Source: a virus. From it: a stretch of DNA of 64,000 nucleotides. Below the pieces are notes generated by a model. That model was not told the origin of the DNA, made no database searches, and saw only the letters and a list, made by a program, of their open reading frames with translations. Position numbers and translations under genes: made by a program. The DNA is taken from positions 64,001 to 128,000 of the IMG/VR virus record IMGVR_UViG_3300042197_004429; one strand, 5' to 3'. Numbering within the stretch: the first letter of the stretch is position 1; every line of letters starts with the position of its first letter. Shown piece after piece: positions 1 to 8,916 of this stretch.

Positions 1-2
1 AA

Positions 3-515
3 ATGGTGGAGATGATATTTGCCGAAGAGTCAGATTTTGTTTTTTTATCAGATGAATTTAAACAAATACGAGAACAAAAATATAATTTAATTGATAGTGA
101 ATATCTTTACAAAAGTTTGTTAGGATATATTCAAAATGAAAAAAAACTAGCAAACGGAGAAAGAACTGGAAATTTGGGCAGTAAAAGAAAAAACACATTA
201 GATGCTTTTGGTTATAGTCCTAAGAATTTTTCTCACCTTTTTAGGTTGTCTTTTTGTGGTCAAACTTTTTTTGAAACTGGCGTCTACCCAGTTAACCTGA
301 ATCGATTTGATAAACAGTTCAGAGATCTTGTTTTCTCCATAAAAACAGAGCCTGAAAAATACAATAAAGAATATTTGAATATGTTATGCGAAAAATCATT
401 GCAAAAATTAACAATATCGTTCAACAACAGAAAAGATAACTTTAAATTTGACGTTTCTTTGGCTAATGAGTTTTGCAGAAAATTTTACCTTCCTTTTTTG
501 GAAACAAGCTATTGA
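3..515 (+). CDS. C-terminal part of a putative phage nucleotidyltransferase (RlaP/DNA pol beta superfamily-like), 5'-truncated by the window edge
   Basis: ORF open at window start; segment FGYSPKNFSHLFRL...G.YPV resembles the helical C-terminus of phage nucleotidyltransferases; catalytic N-terminus not visible. Confidence 0.45.
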   Translation: MVEMIFAEESDFVFLSDEFKQIREQKYNLIDSEYLYKSLLGYIQNEKKLANGERTGNLGSKRKNTLDAFGYSPKNFSHLFRLSFCGQTFFETGVYPVNLNRFDKQFRDLVFSIKTEPEKYNKEYLNMLCEKSLQKLTISFNNRKDNFKFDVSLANEFCRKFYLPFLETSY

Positions 516-539
516 CAAAAAAAATAAAATAATTAATAT
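512..539 (+). promoter_or_regulatory. sigma70-type promoter for the downstream structured RNA
   Basis: TTGACA at 512-517, 16-nt spacer, TAATAT at 534-539. Confidence 0.6.
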
Positions 540-550
540 ATAGTCTTATT

Positions 551-699
551 GCCAGTAGGGGTTGGTTGTTGTGTCACCCCTTGCTGGTTGTTAGATGTTG
601 TCAACTTACCGGCAAAGTTGACCGCTGTTCAGCCGGTTAACAGCGTTACGTCCCCCACCGGGTAGAGAACCTCGTCCCTTCTCCCCGGTGGGGTTTTTT
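551..699 (+). ncRNA. Putative structured ncRNA: four hairpins with complementary (kissing) loops
   Basis: GC-rich intergenic island. Stems 551-561/577-588, 600-607/615-622, 623-629/639-645 and 653-669/679-693 followed by a T run. Loop ACCGGC (608-613) is the reverse complement of loop GCCGGT (632-637). Confidence 0.65.
653..699 (+). terminator. Intrinsic terminator-like hairpin closing the ncRNA
   Basis: CCCCACCGGG...CCCGGTGGGG stem followed by TTTTTT. Confidence 0.65.
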
Positions 700-713
700 G
701 TTATAATATTTTT

Positions 714-1667
714 ATGAGTTGGCAAGAAAAAATACAATTATTGCGATTAGGTGATTATGAAAAAGGTTGGCCTGATCACGAAGACGTTGTGGTCGGAACT
801 GGTAGTAACGTCTTTTGTTCCTCCCCAGATTACGGCAAGCCGGTTTGGTGTGGTCAAAAAGAGGATATTGTTCTATTGATAGATGCTCTTTTTGGTGATG
901 GTGACACCATTCAATTTTTTAGATTTGTTGAAGAGGCTAGAAAAAGAGTTAAAAAAATAATTTTACATTGTAATCAAGAGTTTGATAATTTATTTAGCGA
1001 ATTTGAGGTCTCAGATAAACAAAAACATCCATTAAATTTTGATAAAGTTATTCATATGATGGCTTTGCCAAAAGTTTTAAAAATTAAAAAAAATGAAATA
1101 AAAGGTTTTCCATATTTAACGCCAAACGACGCCGCTTCTCCAAACCCAGCAATTCAAGTTTTGCCCTTGTTAAAATTTCCAAAAGTTGGAGTTTGTTGGT
1201 GTGGCAATCCATTTAATGCTCTTGATTACAAAAGATCAGTACCTGTTAATTTGCTTGAAATTTTGAATGTTTGTGACAATTTCAAATTTTTTAGTTTGTG
1301 TAGAATTTTTGGTCCCCCAAAAAATTATTTTGATTATCGAAATGCAATGACAGATTGGAACCAAACAGCACACTTGGTTAAAAATATGGATTTGGTGATT
1401 ACTGTAGATACATCGGTGGCCCACCTAGCAGGATCTATGGGCGTGAAGACTTGGCTTTTGTTGGACCCTGAGGTTGGTGAATGGAGATGGGGAGATGATC
1501 AAAAAACAATTTGGTACGATAGCGTACAAGTATTTAGAAAGAAAAACGACTGGCGAACATTGCTTTCTGAGTTGAGCGAGATCTTAAAAGTATTTTTAGA
1601 GGATCATCAAAAAAATAAAAAAGAATGCATTTGTAAACCGTCAGCTATTCTTGAGTCTTTTATTTAG
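714..1667 (+). CDS. GT-B glycosyltransferase (GT9/heptosyltransferase-like, TPR-associated type)
   Basis: DLVITVDTSVAHLAGSMG, VGVCWCGNP and WRW motifs. Confidence 0.75.
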   Translation: MSWQEKIQLLRLGDYEKGWPDHEDVVVGTGSNVFCSSPDYGKPVWCGQKEDIVLLIDALFGDGDTIQFFRFVEEARKRVKKIILHCNQEFDNLFSEFEVSDKQKHPLNFDKVIHMMALPKVLKIKKNEIKGFPYLTPNDAASPNPAIQVLPLLKFPKVGVCWCGNPFNALDYKRSVPVNLLEILNVCDNFKFFSLCRIFGPPKNYFDYRNAMTDWNQTAHLVKNMDLVITVDTSVAHLAGSMGVKTWLLLDPEVGEWRWGDDQKTIWYDSVQVFRKKNDWRTLLSELSEILKVFLEDHQKNKKECICKPSAILESFI

Positions 1668-2011
1668 TTTTTTTTCAAAACTTTGTTTTTGATTTCGGCT
1701 TCTTCAACTCTTGAACTTTTTAAAAGCCATTCTAGAAGATTGTTTTTTTCTCTTCTTGTGAAGAGTGTAATTTCATATTGATTATTTGTTTTATCGACTT
1801 GACGTATTTCTTTGAGTCGGCAGTCCACAGGCACAATTTGCCTTAAAGCAAAAAAAGGATCTTCGTTATCTTTTAAACTTACAACAACTTTGATTTCTTG
1901 TTGGGCAAATTCGTTATATCCTATTGTTCCTAGTGTAACCAATAAAGCGAGACACGCAATTCCTGCTAGTATTTTGTCTAACACAATATTTAACTTTATT
2001 TTTTCTATCAT
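1664..2011 (-). CDS. Hypothetical protein with N-terminal transmembrane helix
   Basis: Hydrophobic ILAGIACLALLVTLGTIGY segment; 115-aa ORF. Confidence 0.55.
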   Translation of the reverse strand: MIEKIKLNIVLDKILAGIACLALLVTLGTIGYNEFAQQEIKVVVSLKDNEDPFFALRQIVPVDCRLKEIRQVDKTNNQYEITLFTRREKNNLLEWLLKSSRVEEAEIKNKVLKKN

Positions 2012-2054
2012 AATCTACCTTTTAATTATTTATCACCAATTTCATAAATATTGT

Positions 2055-2513
2055 ATGTCTTCTTTCAAAGAATTTAATAATTTTATTGATTCTATAATAA
2101 ATGAGTTTGATAACAATCAAACTCAACCAGTTCAATTGCAGCCGCAGCAACAAAATATCGAGGTTGAAGAAAAACTCTGGTCGGCTAAAAAAGCGGACAT
2201 TTTGAGATTTTGGAAAACACTTAAACCCGACATGCCCATAGTAATAAAACCCATGACAGAAAAGCCAGACGGTGTTGAACGATCAAGTTACGGAGAAGAT
2301 GGAATAAGAATCTCAGGATCTTATGAGTTCATAGTTTCTGTGCTTGGTAAAATAAAACAAATTTTGACTTATGAAAACCCAAACACAAGACTGAGACTTA
2401 TTTTTAGGGCTGTTGATCGTAGTAAATTATTAGTACCTAATAAAAGATCATACGTATTTTATATTAATTTAGAAAATAGATCTAAAAAAAGAAAAAGAAA
2501 AAATATAATCTAA
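2055..2513 (+). CDS. Hypothetical phage protein, possibly virion-internal (MSSFKEF N-terminus)
   Basis: Start moved from 1812 to ATG 2055, 4 nt after ATAAATA; the longer ORF overlaps the antisense gene. Confidence 0.65.
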   Translation: MSSFKEFNNFIDSIINEFDNNQTQPVQLQPQQQNIEVEEKLWSAKKADILRFWKTLKPDMPIVIKPMTEKPDGVERSSYGEDGIRISGSYEFIVSVLGKIKQILTYENPNTRLRLIFRAVDRSKLLVPNKRSYVFYINLENRSKKRKRKNII

Positions 2514-2528
2514 AAACTAATATATTCT

Positions 2529-2732
2529 ATGCGTATAGAAGACATTAAAAAATTAAACGACGATTTGGTTGATTTTGAAAAAGATATTAACAAAGTCACC
2601 GTCAATATTGTCGTTAAAGATGGACAAAAGCCCTCAGATCTTTTGCAGAAAATAAAAAAAATGGGCTACGCAGCTTTTCTTAGAGCGGATGCTTTTGGAA
2701 TAGAAATTGTGATCACTGATTCTTTGAAGTGA
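2529..2732 (+). CDS. Small hypothetical protein
   Basis: 67-aa ORF filling the gap in the same orientation. Confidence 0.55.
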   Translation: MRIEDIKKLNDDLVDFEKDINKVTVNIVVKDGQKPSDLLQKIKKMGYAAFLRADAFGIEIVITDSLK

Positions 2733-2851
2733 TTTTTGAATCGATACACGATTGAATAATCTCTGCGATTATTTATTATAAATATGTTGTGTAAAAACAT
2801 ACAAGATTTATCTTCGTATAAAATTTTCATAGCTTCCCCAGGATGGGGATT

Positions 2852-3556
2852 TCATGGATGGTTTTGCATGATGCAAAGAGGCAAGGATGCCTCAATTTTT
2901 TTTGCAATAACTAAAATATAACTTCTATTTGCTTTTAATTGATAATTTTTATTTTCTTTTTTAATATTAATTTTTTCTAGATAATCTTCAATATATTTTT
3001 TATTAGAAAATTTTTGTTTGTAATTTTCTTCCTTTATTTCTACTTTAAATTTTGAAAAATATTCAAATATTTCTTGTTTAGAAAAAAATATTTTTTCTCT
3101 AGTTTTTAAATCTAATAAATTATTTAAATCACTTTTTTCTTGAATCCTTAATATCGCTAATCCGCCTTTTTTTAACCTATTGATGAAGATATCAGATAGG
3201 TGGCTTAGATTAACGTAATCTTTTCTTATGGCACAATCACTCACTATCACATCAAATGATTTGTTTATCTTTTTCCAAGAAACTGGGTCGCCAAAATCTC
3301 CAGAAACAAAATTAATTGAAGAATTTAACTCAGAAGATTTTTCAATTAAATTTTTGCATAAATCTATTCCATAAACTTTTTTAAATAAAGGTTCGATATA
3401 TTTTGTTAACCGACCACCGGCACACCCTAAGTCAATCGCAATTGAGTCTTTGTTTTGATGTTTGTAAATTTCTTGCCGAAGTATATTTGGAACTTTACTT
3501 TTTTTTAGCCAATATTGTTCGTTAGGACTCAGGCCATTGGTGGTCGATTTTTCCAT
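2852..3556 (-). CDS. Class I SAM-dependent methyltransferase
   Basis: IDLGCAGG motif I, YGIDLC motif II, FDVIVS motif IV. Confidence 0.8.
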   Translation of the reverse strand: MEKSTTNGLSPNEQYWLKKSKVPNILRQEIYKHQNKDSIAIDLGCAGGRLTKYIEPLFKKVYGIDLCKNLIEKSSELNSSINFVSGDFGDPVSWKKINKSFDVIVSDCAIRKDYVNLSHLSDIFINRLKKGGLAILRIQEKSDLNNLLDLKTREKIFFSKQEIFEYFSKFKVEIKEENYKQKFSNKKYIEDYLEKINIKKENKNYQLKANRSYILVIAKKIEASLPLCIMQNHP

Positions 3557-5733
3557 TTGAAAAAACTATCTGAGTAATGATCTGCTGTGCGTCTGGCAAT
3601 TTCTTTGCCAATCTCTGGTCCTGGTTTTGTTAGACCTAAATCTCTTTGTATTTCTTGACCACTTAAAATTGGTGGTTCGTAATCGCCAAGATGAGACAAA
3701 TGATCTGAATCTACTTCGTGTCCTATCATTGGGTGAAAGCCACGTATTAACTCTTTTCTGAAATCGGGGTTTTTCTTTGAAAAAGATGTAGCATGTTGGC
3801 TTATATTTTGTGGTGTGGGATTTTGTAGTATAGACCAAGTTTGCATTAAAAAAGCAACTTCGTCAACTATGTCATTTGGCCAATTTAATTTATTTAGTTT
3901 ATTTCTAACTTCTTGAGGCGTACCGGATTTTCTCAAGAGTGTCGCAAGAGTTAGGATAACTTTCTTTTTGTTATGGTTTTTTTCAATTTTATCTTGTTCT
4001 TTTGCTTCTAAGCCAGAAACATTCGGCAGACTTGGAAGATTTGCTAGGTGATCAACCGCTTCCATGTCTAAAACCAATCCAGGAAACATATAAGGCAATG
4101 CTCCTATAGATTCAAATCCATGTAAAATAACCTTTGGATCTCTTGCCTTCAACAACGCTGCCACAAACTCTGCTTGTATTCTCTCGGGGGAAACCCCTTC
4201 AAGAGTGCTAAATTTTTTCATGGCTTCAAAAGTTTCTGGGTCAACGATGTCTTTTAAATTTTCTTTGTTGAATATTCCATGAAATCTAACCCCTCTTAAA
4301 ACTCTAAGTCGGTCTTCGCCAAAACGATCTTCTGCACTCCCGACCGGCCTGATCTTTTTTTGTTTAATGTCTTTAAGTCCTTGCCCTTTGCCGTAATCAA
4401 TTATTGTTCCTTGTCCCCCAAATTCATTTGGCATCTCATAGTATAAAGCATTTATGGTAAAGTCTCTGCGACGATAATCATTCTTTGCATCAGATGGTTT
4501 TACTGTGTCTGGTCTTCTGTTGTCGGAGTAGCCTGATTCTTCACGAAATGTTGCTATCTCATATTCTATTTTGTCTATAACTGCTGAGATTACTCCAAAA
4601 GATTCGCCTTTTGCAATAGGTTCTATGCCCATGTTGATTAGCACTTGTTTAACTTCGTCAGAGGTTGCATTTGTGGCAAAATCTACGTCTTTAATTTTAA
4701 ATGGCACATCATGAAATTGACTCATAAGATAATCACGAACTGTTCCGCCAACTATATAAATTGTGAATCCTGCGCTCTTAAAATTATCGGATATCAATTG
4801 AGCGCCTTTTTGAAATTTTCCAAGAGGAATGTTTGCCTCCATCGTGGAAGGTTTATCCTCCTCAGATTCGAAAAATACTTTGAATTTCATCCGTGATTCG
4901 CCCAGAAGTTGTGTGATCTCTGTGTCGGTTAAATTTGGAAATCGCCCTCGTAAAGCCGACCGGATTATTTCATTGGGTTTTCCTTTTTCACGCATACTAG
5001 AAACAAAACCAACTGGATCGCTAGACATTGGCTTACTTGCACGAGAGGCTATTTTGTCAAGATCTTGTTTATACATAGATGCCGTTGCATCTATGCCCTC
5101 CAAACCTCTCGCTGCTGCTGATGTGTTACCTTGAGCAAATTGCTTGGCTTTCTGCCAAGGAATTCCACTTTCTCCTCCACGACCCATGCGGTCCATTAAC
5201 AAAAATACCAATAGTAATTTAATTTTACGGTCAGGTTTGTATTTTCCTTGATCATCTAGTATTTCTTTTTTTAAAGATTTATTTTGAAAACCCTCTTTGT
5301 CTTTGAGACTCATATGATACTTGATAACCCACCACAGATCGTCCTTATCAGATTGGTTGGATTGGCTATACATTTGATGCCATATTGGTCCCAATCTTTG
5401 CATGGCTTTTTCAAAGTTTTCTGGATCTTCATGACCATGGGCACTCAACTTCACAGGGTCTAATGTGTCTCCCTTGCCTATGTCGTGCAATAAACCAGCA
5501 AGACGCAATATGTTCATATCCTCTGAAGCGAAACTTAAATCTAGATTGGAAAGTGGACCACTTGGGTCATTTTTTTGTTTTTCTTGTAAAATTTTTATTG
5601 CTGGTTCTAGAGACGAACGCACCATCATGGTGTGACGATCCACGCCCCCCTCAGGATGATGCTTGGGGTTTTGAGGCACTTTTAATTGTTGTCTAAGTGA
5701 AGACTCAGATAGCCATTCATTAAAACATTTCAT
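3529..5733 (-). CDS. cca: HD-domain / CCA-adding tRNA nucleotidyltransferase fusion with HD at the N-terminus
   Basis: HHPEGGVDRHT and LAGLLHDIGK (CCA-type HD domain); VGGTVRD, DVDFAT, FREESGYSDNRRP, RRDFTINAL, EDRLRVLRGVRF (class II CCA core); C-terminal LSGQEIQRDLGLTKPGPEIG. Confidence 0.9.
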   Translation of the reverse strand: MKCFNEWLSESSLRQQLKVPQNPKHHPEGGVDRHTMMVRSSLEPAIKILQEKQKNDPSGPLSNLDLSFASEDMNILRLAGLLHDIGKGDTLDPVKLSAHGHEDPENFEKAMQRLGPIWHQMYSQSNQSDKDDLWWVIKYHMSLKDKEGFQNKSLKKEILDDQGKYKPDRKIKLLLVFLLMDRMGRGGESGIPWQKAKQFAQGNTSAAARGLEGIDATASMYKQDLDKIASRASKPMSSDPVGFVSSMREKGKPNEIIRSALRGRFPNLTDTEITQLLGESRMKFKVFFESEEDKPSTMEANIPLGKFQKGAQLISDNFKSAGFTIYIVGGTVRDYLMSQFHDVPFKIKDVDFATNATSDEVKQVLINMGIEPIAKGESFGVISAVIDKIEYEIATFREESGYSDNRRPDTVKPSDAKNDYRRRDFTINALYYEMPNEFGGQGTIIDYGKGQGLKDIKQKKIRPVGSAEDRFGEDRLRVLRGVRFHGIFNKENLKDIVDPETFEAMKKFSTLEGVSPERIQAEFVAALLKARDPKVILHGFESIGALPYMFPGLVLDMEAVDHLANLPSLPNVSGLEAKEQDKIEKNHNKKKVILTLATLLRKSGTPQEVRNKLNKLNWPNDIVDEVAFLMQTWSILQNPTPQNISQHATSFSKKNPDFRKELIRGFHPMIGHEVDSDHLSHLGDYEPPILSGQEIQRDLGLTKPGPEIGKEIARRTADHYSDSFFKWKNRPPMA

Positions 5734-5800
5734 ATTATTATTTAGTTTTTTGTTTTAAAATTAAAGACTGCTAATATCCATACATATTTTTGATTTTAAA

Positions 5801-6097
5801 TTGGAGAACTATATGGCTATAAAAGTTAAAAATGACAATTTAGTCTCTACGTATGACCTAAGATTGCCTCACCCCGATATTGTTGACATGATGAATGATC
5901 CTCATGTTTTAATTGAGGGTGGTAATGTTGCCAACAATCAAGTTTTTGAAATAGTTGTTCGAAAATCTAACGGCACCGAGGTTTCCTTCAACAAAACAAT
6001 AGACCCAACAGACACTTTGATTATAAGGTACAAAAAGGTTACAATAACTGAGGTTGCTAATAATTTGGGTGATGTTGATGTTTTGCCCGTTACTTGA
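5801..6097 (+). CDS. Hypothetical protein
   Basis: 98-aa ORF, divergent from cca. Confidence 0.5.
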   Translation: MENYMAIKVKNDNLVSTYDLRLPHPDIVDMMNDPHVLIEGGNVANNQVFEIVVRKSNGTEVSFNKTIDPTDTLIIRYKKVTITEVANNLGDVDVLPVT

Positions 6098-6100
6098 GAT

Positions 6101-6295
6101 ATGTTATTTTTAGATATGTTACTTTTAGTATTTTCGGTATGTTTATTTGTGTATTTTATTGAGTGTTATGTGTTTTTAACACAAAATAATTCTCATAATG
6201 TTTTAAACAATATTAATCATTATATCGCAAATGATTATCCATTAAAAAATAAAGAATCGAATAAAAACATAAATTGGAAAAAAGAGGGCTTTTAA
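6101..6295 (+). CDS. Small membrane protein ending in WKKEGF
   Basis: N-terminal hydrophobic helix; stop overlaps the ATG of the next gene (TAATG). Confidence 0.55.
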   Translation: MLFLDMLLLVFSVCLFVYFIECYVFLTQNNSHNVLNNINHYIANDYPLKNKESNKNINWKKEGF

Positions 6296-6921
6296 TGACT
6301 TTAACATTACAACAAAGAAAATGTTTAGTATTGAACAAAAATTGGAGACCGATTTCTGCAATCGGACTTGATGATGCTATTTGTAAATTATTTTGTGAGT
6401 ACTCTGATGGTACTCCCAAGGCGACAATAATAGAACCTAAGACTTATCAAACTTTCACTTGGGCAGATTGGAGTCGATTAGAGCCTATTGAAAACGAAGA
6501 CAGAATTTATACTAGTTCATATAGTTTTAAAATTCCAGAAATTATATTGTTGAGTCGATATGAAAAATTACCAAAGCCAAAAGTTCATTTTTCCAGAAGA
6601 AATTTATATAAAAGAGACGCCAATCAATGTCAATATTGCGGTTGTAAACCAGGAACAGAGGAACTAACAATAGAACACGTTGTTCCTAGATCTCATGGTG
6701 GTGAAACAACTTGGGAAAATTGCGTTATCGCCTGTGTCTCCTGCAATAGACGAAAAGCAGACAGAACACCAGATCAAGCAGGAATGAAACTTTTAAAGCA
6801 TCCAAAAAAACCAGAGGGACACTCGTTTAGATTTAGCGATTGTAAGCCTGTAAAGTCCTGGCAAGCCTTTCTGGGTCAGGCTTATTGGCTTGTTGAATTA
6901 GAAAATAAAAATATTGATTAG
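6295..6921 (+). CDS. HNH endonuclease (McrA-like family)
   Basis: LVLNKNWRP N-terminus; RD...CQYCG...LTIEHVVPRSHGG..TWENCVIACVSCNRRK; start set at ATG 6295. Confidence 0.9.
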   Translation: MTLTLQQRKCLVLNKNWRPISAIGLDDAICKLFCEYSDGTPKATIIEPKTYQTFTWADWSRLEPIENEDRIYTSSYSFKIPEIILLSRYEKLPKPKVHFSRRNLYKRDANQCQYCGCKPGTEELTIEHVVPRSHGGETTWENCVIACVSCNRRKADRTPDQAGMKLLKHPKKPEGHSFRFSDCKPVKSWQAFLGQAYWLVELENKNID

Positions 6922-6930
6922 GAGAAAATT

Positions 6931-7077
6931 ATGAGTGCTTGGCTTATTCTTGTAACTGGCTTGATTTACGCTTATGTTGCTTTAGAGCAATTATACAAAG
7001 GAAATACTGGTATGTTTATAGCATATAGTGGATATAGTTTTTCAAATATCGGTTTGTATATGCTGGCTTCCAAGTGA
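6931..7077 (+). CDS. Small membrane protein (48 aa, not in ORF track)
   Basis: GGAG RBS, then MSAWLILVTGLIYAYVALEQLYKGNTGMFIAYSGYSFSNIGLYMLASK*. Confidence 0.6.
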   Translation: MSAWLILVTGLIYAYVALEQLYKGNTGMFIAYSGYSFSNIGLYMLASK

Positions 7078-7250
7078 ATTACTTGTTGTCCGGTACTCAA
7101 AACTTACAAAAATCTACAAGTAGGTTTTTTGTTTGATTCTGGTTTCTACGACGATCACCTGTTGATTTCTCAACATGAACCTTATCATCTACACCAGCGT
7201 TAATTCCCGTGTACCTCACGGTATATAATTCTAAATTTTTTGCTGCGTTA
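7070..7250 (-). ncRNA. Predicted TnpB omegaRNA (scaffold over tnpB 3' end and right end, guide from flank)
   Basis: Position inferred from known TnpB biology; predicted guide ACAACAAGTAATTCACTTGG; 5' boundary uncertain. Confidence 0.55.
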
Positions 7251-8302
7251 AAATCACGGTCAATTTCTAATCCGCAATTGTAGCAAGAATAAGTTCTATC
7301 CGCAAGGGTCAAGTCCTCTTTCTTGTTTCCACAATAAGAACATAACTTTGAACTTGCATAAAACCTATCAGCAACAATTAATTCCTTGCCGTACCAAGAA
7401 CATTTATATTCTAATTGTCTTCTGAATTCATAGAATCCAATATTTGCAATTGATTTGGCTAAATTGTGATTCTTTAACATTCCGTTTACATTCAAATCTT
7501 CAATAACAATTTTATTGTTTGATTTGGTTTTCACCAAACAAGATGTTGTTTTATGAAGAATATCTTTTCTGTGGTTGCTAATATTAAAATGAACCTTTGC
7601 TATCTTTTCTTTCGTTTTTTTTCTTGAATTGCTATCTTTTTGTTGACGAGATAATTTTCGTTGTAATCTCTTTAACTGTTTTTCTTTGTTTTTTAGTTTT
7701 TTTGATGATTCAAATATTTCACCATCACTTGTGATTGCAAGGTGTTTAATTCCTAAATCAACGCCAACAACTTTATTTTCATATTGTTTTTGTTCTGTCT
7801 CTACTTCGTATCGTATTGAGACGAACCATCTGTTTGCTCTTAAAGATATAGTTGCTGATTTAGGCTTGCCTTCTGGGATATAATCATGTTCTTTTAAGTT
7901 TACCCAACCAATTTTTGGCAACTTAATCTTATTGTTTTTCAAAATTATTGGAGCGTCAAGTGTGAATGAATCTTTTTGTCCTTTTTTCTTGAATTTAGGA
8001 AAAGCATTTTGTTTTTTGAAAAACTTCTTATACGCAGTCTCAAGGTTTCTGAGTGAGTTTTGTGGACACCACTTGCTTATTTCTTTAATCCACTTGAATT
8101 CATCGTTCTTTTTAGCGACCAAAATCTTGTGTAATGTAATTGCCGAGGGCTTAATTTTCTTTTCTAATTTATAATCTTCTTGCAACAGAGCCAACGCCCA
8201 GTTATAAACAAATCTTGCAGTTCCAGCATATTGTTTGAATAGTGTTTTTTGTTTATTGTTAGGTTTTAGTTCTATTTTGAAGGATTTATAAATCATTTGC
8301 AA
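7097..8302 (-). CDS. tnpB: TnpB RNA-guided endonuclease
   Basis: N-terminal HTH (KQYAGTARFVYNWAL); RuvC VGVDLGIK / IVIEDLNV / DRDFNAAKNL; CSYCG...CYNCG zinc finger; all catalytic residues present. Confidence 0.95.
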   Translation of the reverse strand: MQMIYKSFKIELKPNNKQKTLFKQYAGTARFVYNWALALLQEDYKLEKKIKPSAITLHKILVAKKNDEFKWIKEISKWCPQNSLRNLETAYKKFFKKQNAFPKFKKKGQKDSFTLDAPIILKNNKIKLPKIGWVNLKEHDYIPEGKPKSATISLRANRWFVSIRYEVETEQKQYENKVVGVDLGIKHLAITSDGEIFESSKKLKNKEKQLKRLQRKLSRQQKDSNSRKKTKEKIAKVHFNISNHRKDILHKTTSCLVKTKSNNKIVIEDLNVNGMLKNHNLAKSIANIGFYEFRRQLEYKCSWYGKELIVADRFYASSKLCSYCGNKKEDLTLADRTYSCYNCGLEIDRDFNAAKNLELYTVRYTGINAGVDDKVHVEKSTGDRRRNQNQTKNLLVDFCKF

Positions 8303-8916
8303 GTTTCCTTCTTTTTACGATTTTTAGCAGCCCTTCTACTGTATATTTTTGCAGAGAAAGATGCCATTAAAGAAAGAATATCTTCTACTAATTCTTGTTC
8401 ATAAGACTTACCCAAAACCTCTTCTGTCCATATTACATTGACTCCATGCGATTCAAAAAATTTAACAAGATAATCAAACATGAATCTTGTTAATCTATCT
8501 TTGTGTTCAATCAAAACTATATCAATTTGCTTGTTGATGGCTAAGTCCATCATCTTATGAAGTTTTGGTCTTTTATCATTCATGCCCGAAGCAACCTCAG
8601 ATATTATTGAAACTATCACTAGTTTTCTTTTAACTGCCTCTGATGAAAGTCTACTTACTTGTCTATCTAAGTCTCCGTGTTGTTTTTGTTCTCCTGTTGA
8701 TACACGGGCATATATTGCACAACGGTTTTTGACTGTATTTATATCTATAGGACAATCATCACCCGCCAAGGCGTTAATGTCTTCTTGTCTATATCTCCTG
8801 TGTCCCCCGGCAGTGTAGATTGCTTTTATTTTTCCTTGCTTTTCCCATTTTCTCAAAGAATTTTGAGAAGAATGAAGTTGTTCGGCAGCCTTTTTAATTG
8901 GTATAAGTTTGCTCAT
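8293..8916 (-). CDS. tnpA: IS607 TnpA serine recombinase
   Basis: MerR-like HTH (LRKWEKQGKI...TAGGHRRY), YARVST, SEVASG, EHKDRLTRF, ELVEDILSLMASFSAKIY. Confidence 0.95.
   Translation of the reverse strand: MSKLIPIKKAAEQLHSSQNSLRKWEKQGKIKAIYTAGGHRRYRQEDINALAGDDCPIDINTVKNRCAIYARVSTGEQKQHGDLDRQVSRLSSEAVKRKLVIVSIISEVASGMNDKRPKLHKMMDLAINKQIDIVLIEHKDRLTRFMFDYLVKFFESHGVNVIWTEEVLGKSYEQELVEDILSLMASFSAKIYSRRAAKNRKKKETCK

Noticed and set aside
551-699. SRP RNA, tmRNA, RNase P RNA, 6S RNA or purine riboswitch
   Set aside because: No SRP helix-8 GNRA motif, no tRNA-like ends, too short for RNase P, and no purine-riboswitch junction consensus recognised
1812-2054. 5' extensions of ORFs 1812, 41973, 56025, 14683 and 49141
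   Set aside because: They overlap other genes or terminators; downstream ATGs with better context were chosen
2784-2921. 45-aa ORF directly after TATAAAT
   Set aside because: Overlaps the antisense methyltransferase 3' end and has no recognisable motif; cannot be supported
3529-4890. Poly(A) polymerase instead of CCA enzyme
   Set aside because: The PAP signature (G-R/K-R/K-F) is absent (KGESFG here); the EDxxR motif and Bacillus-like loop favour CCA
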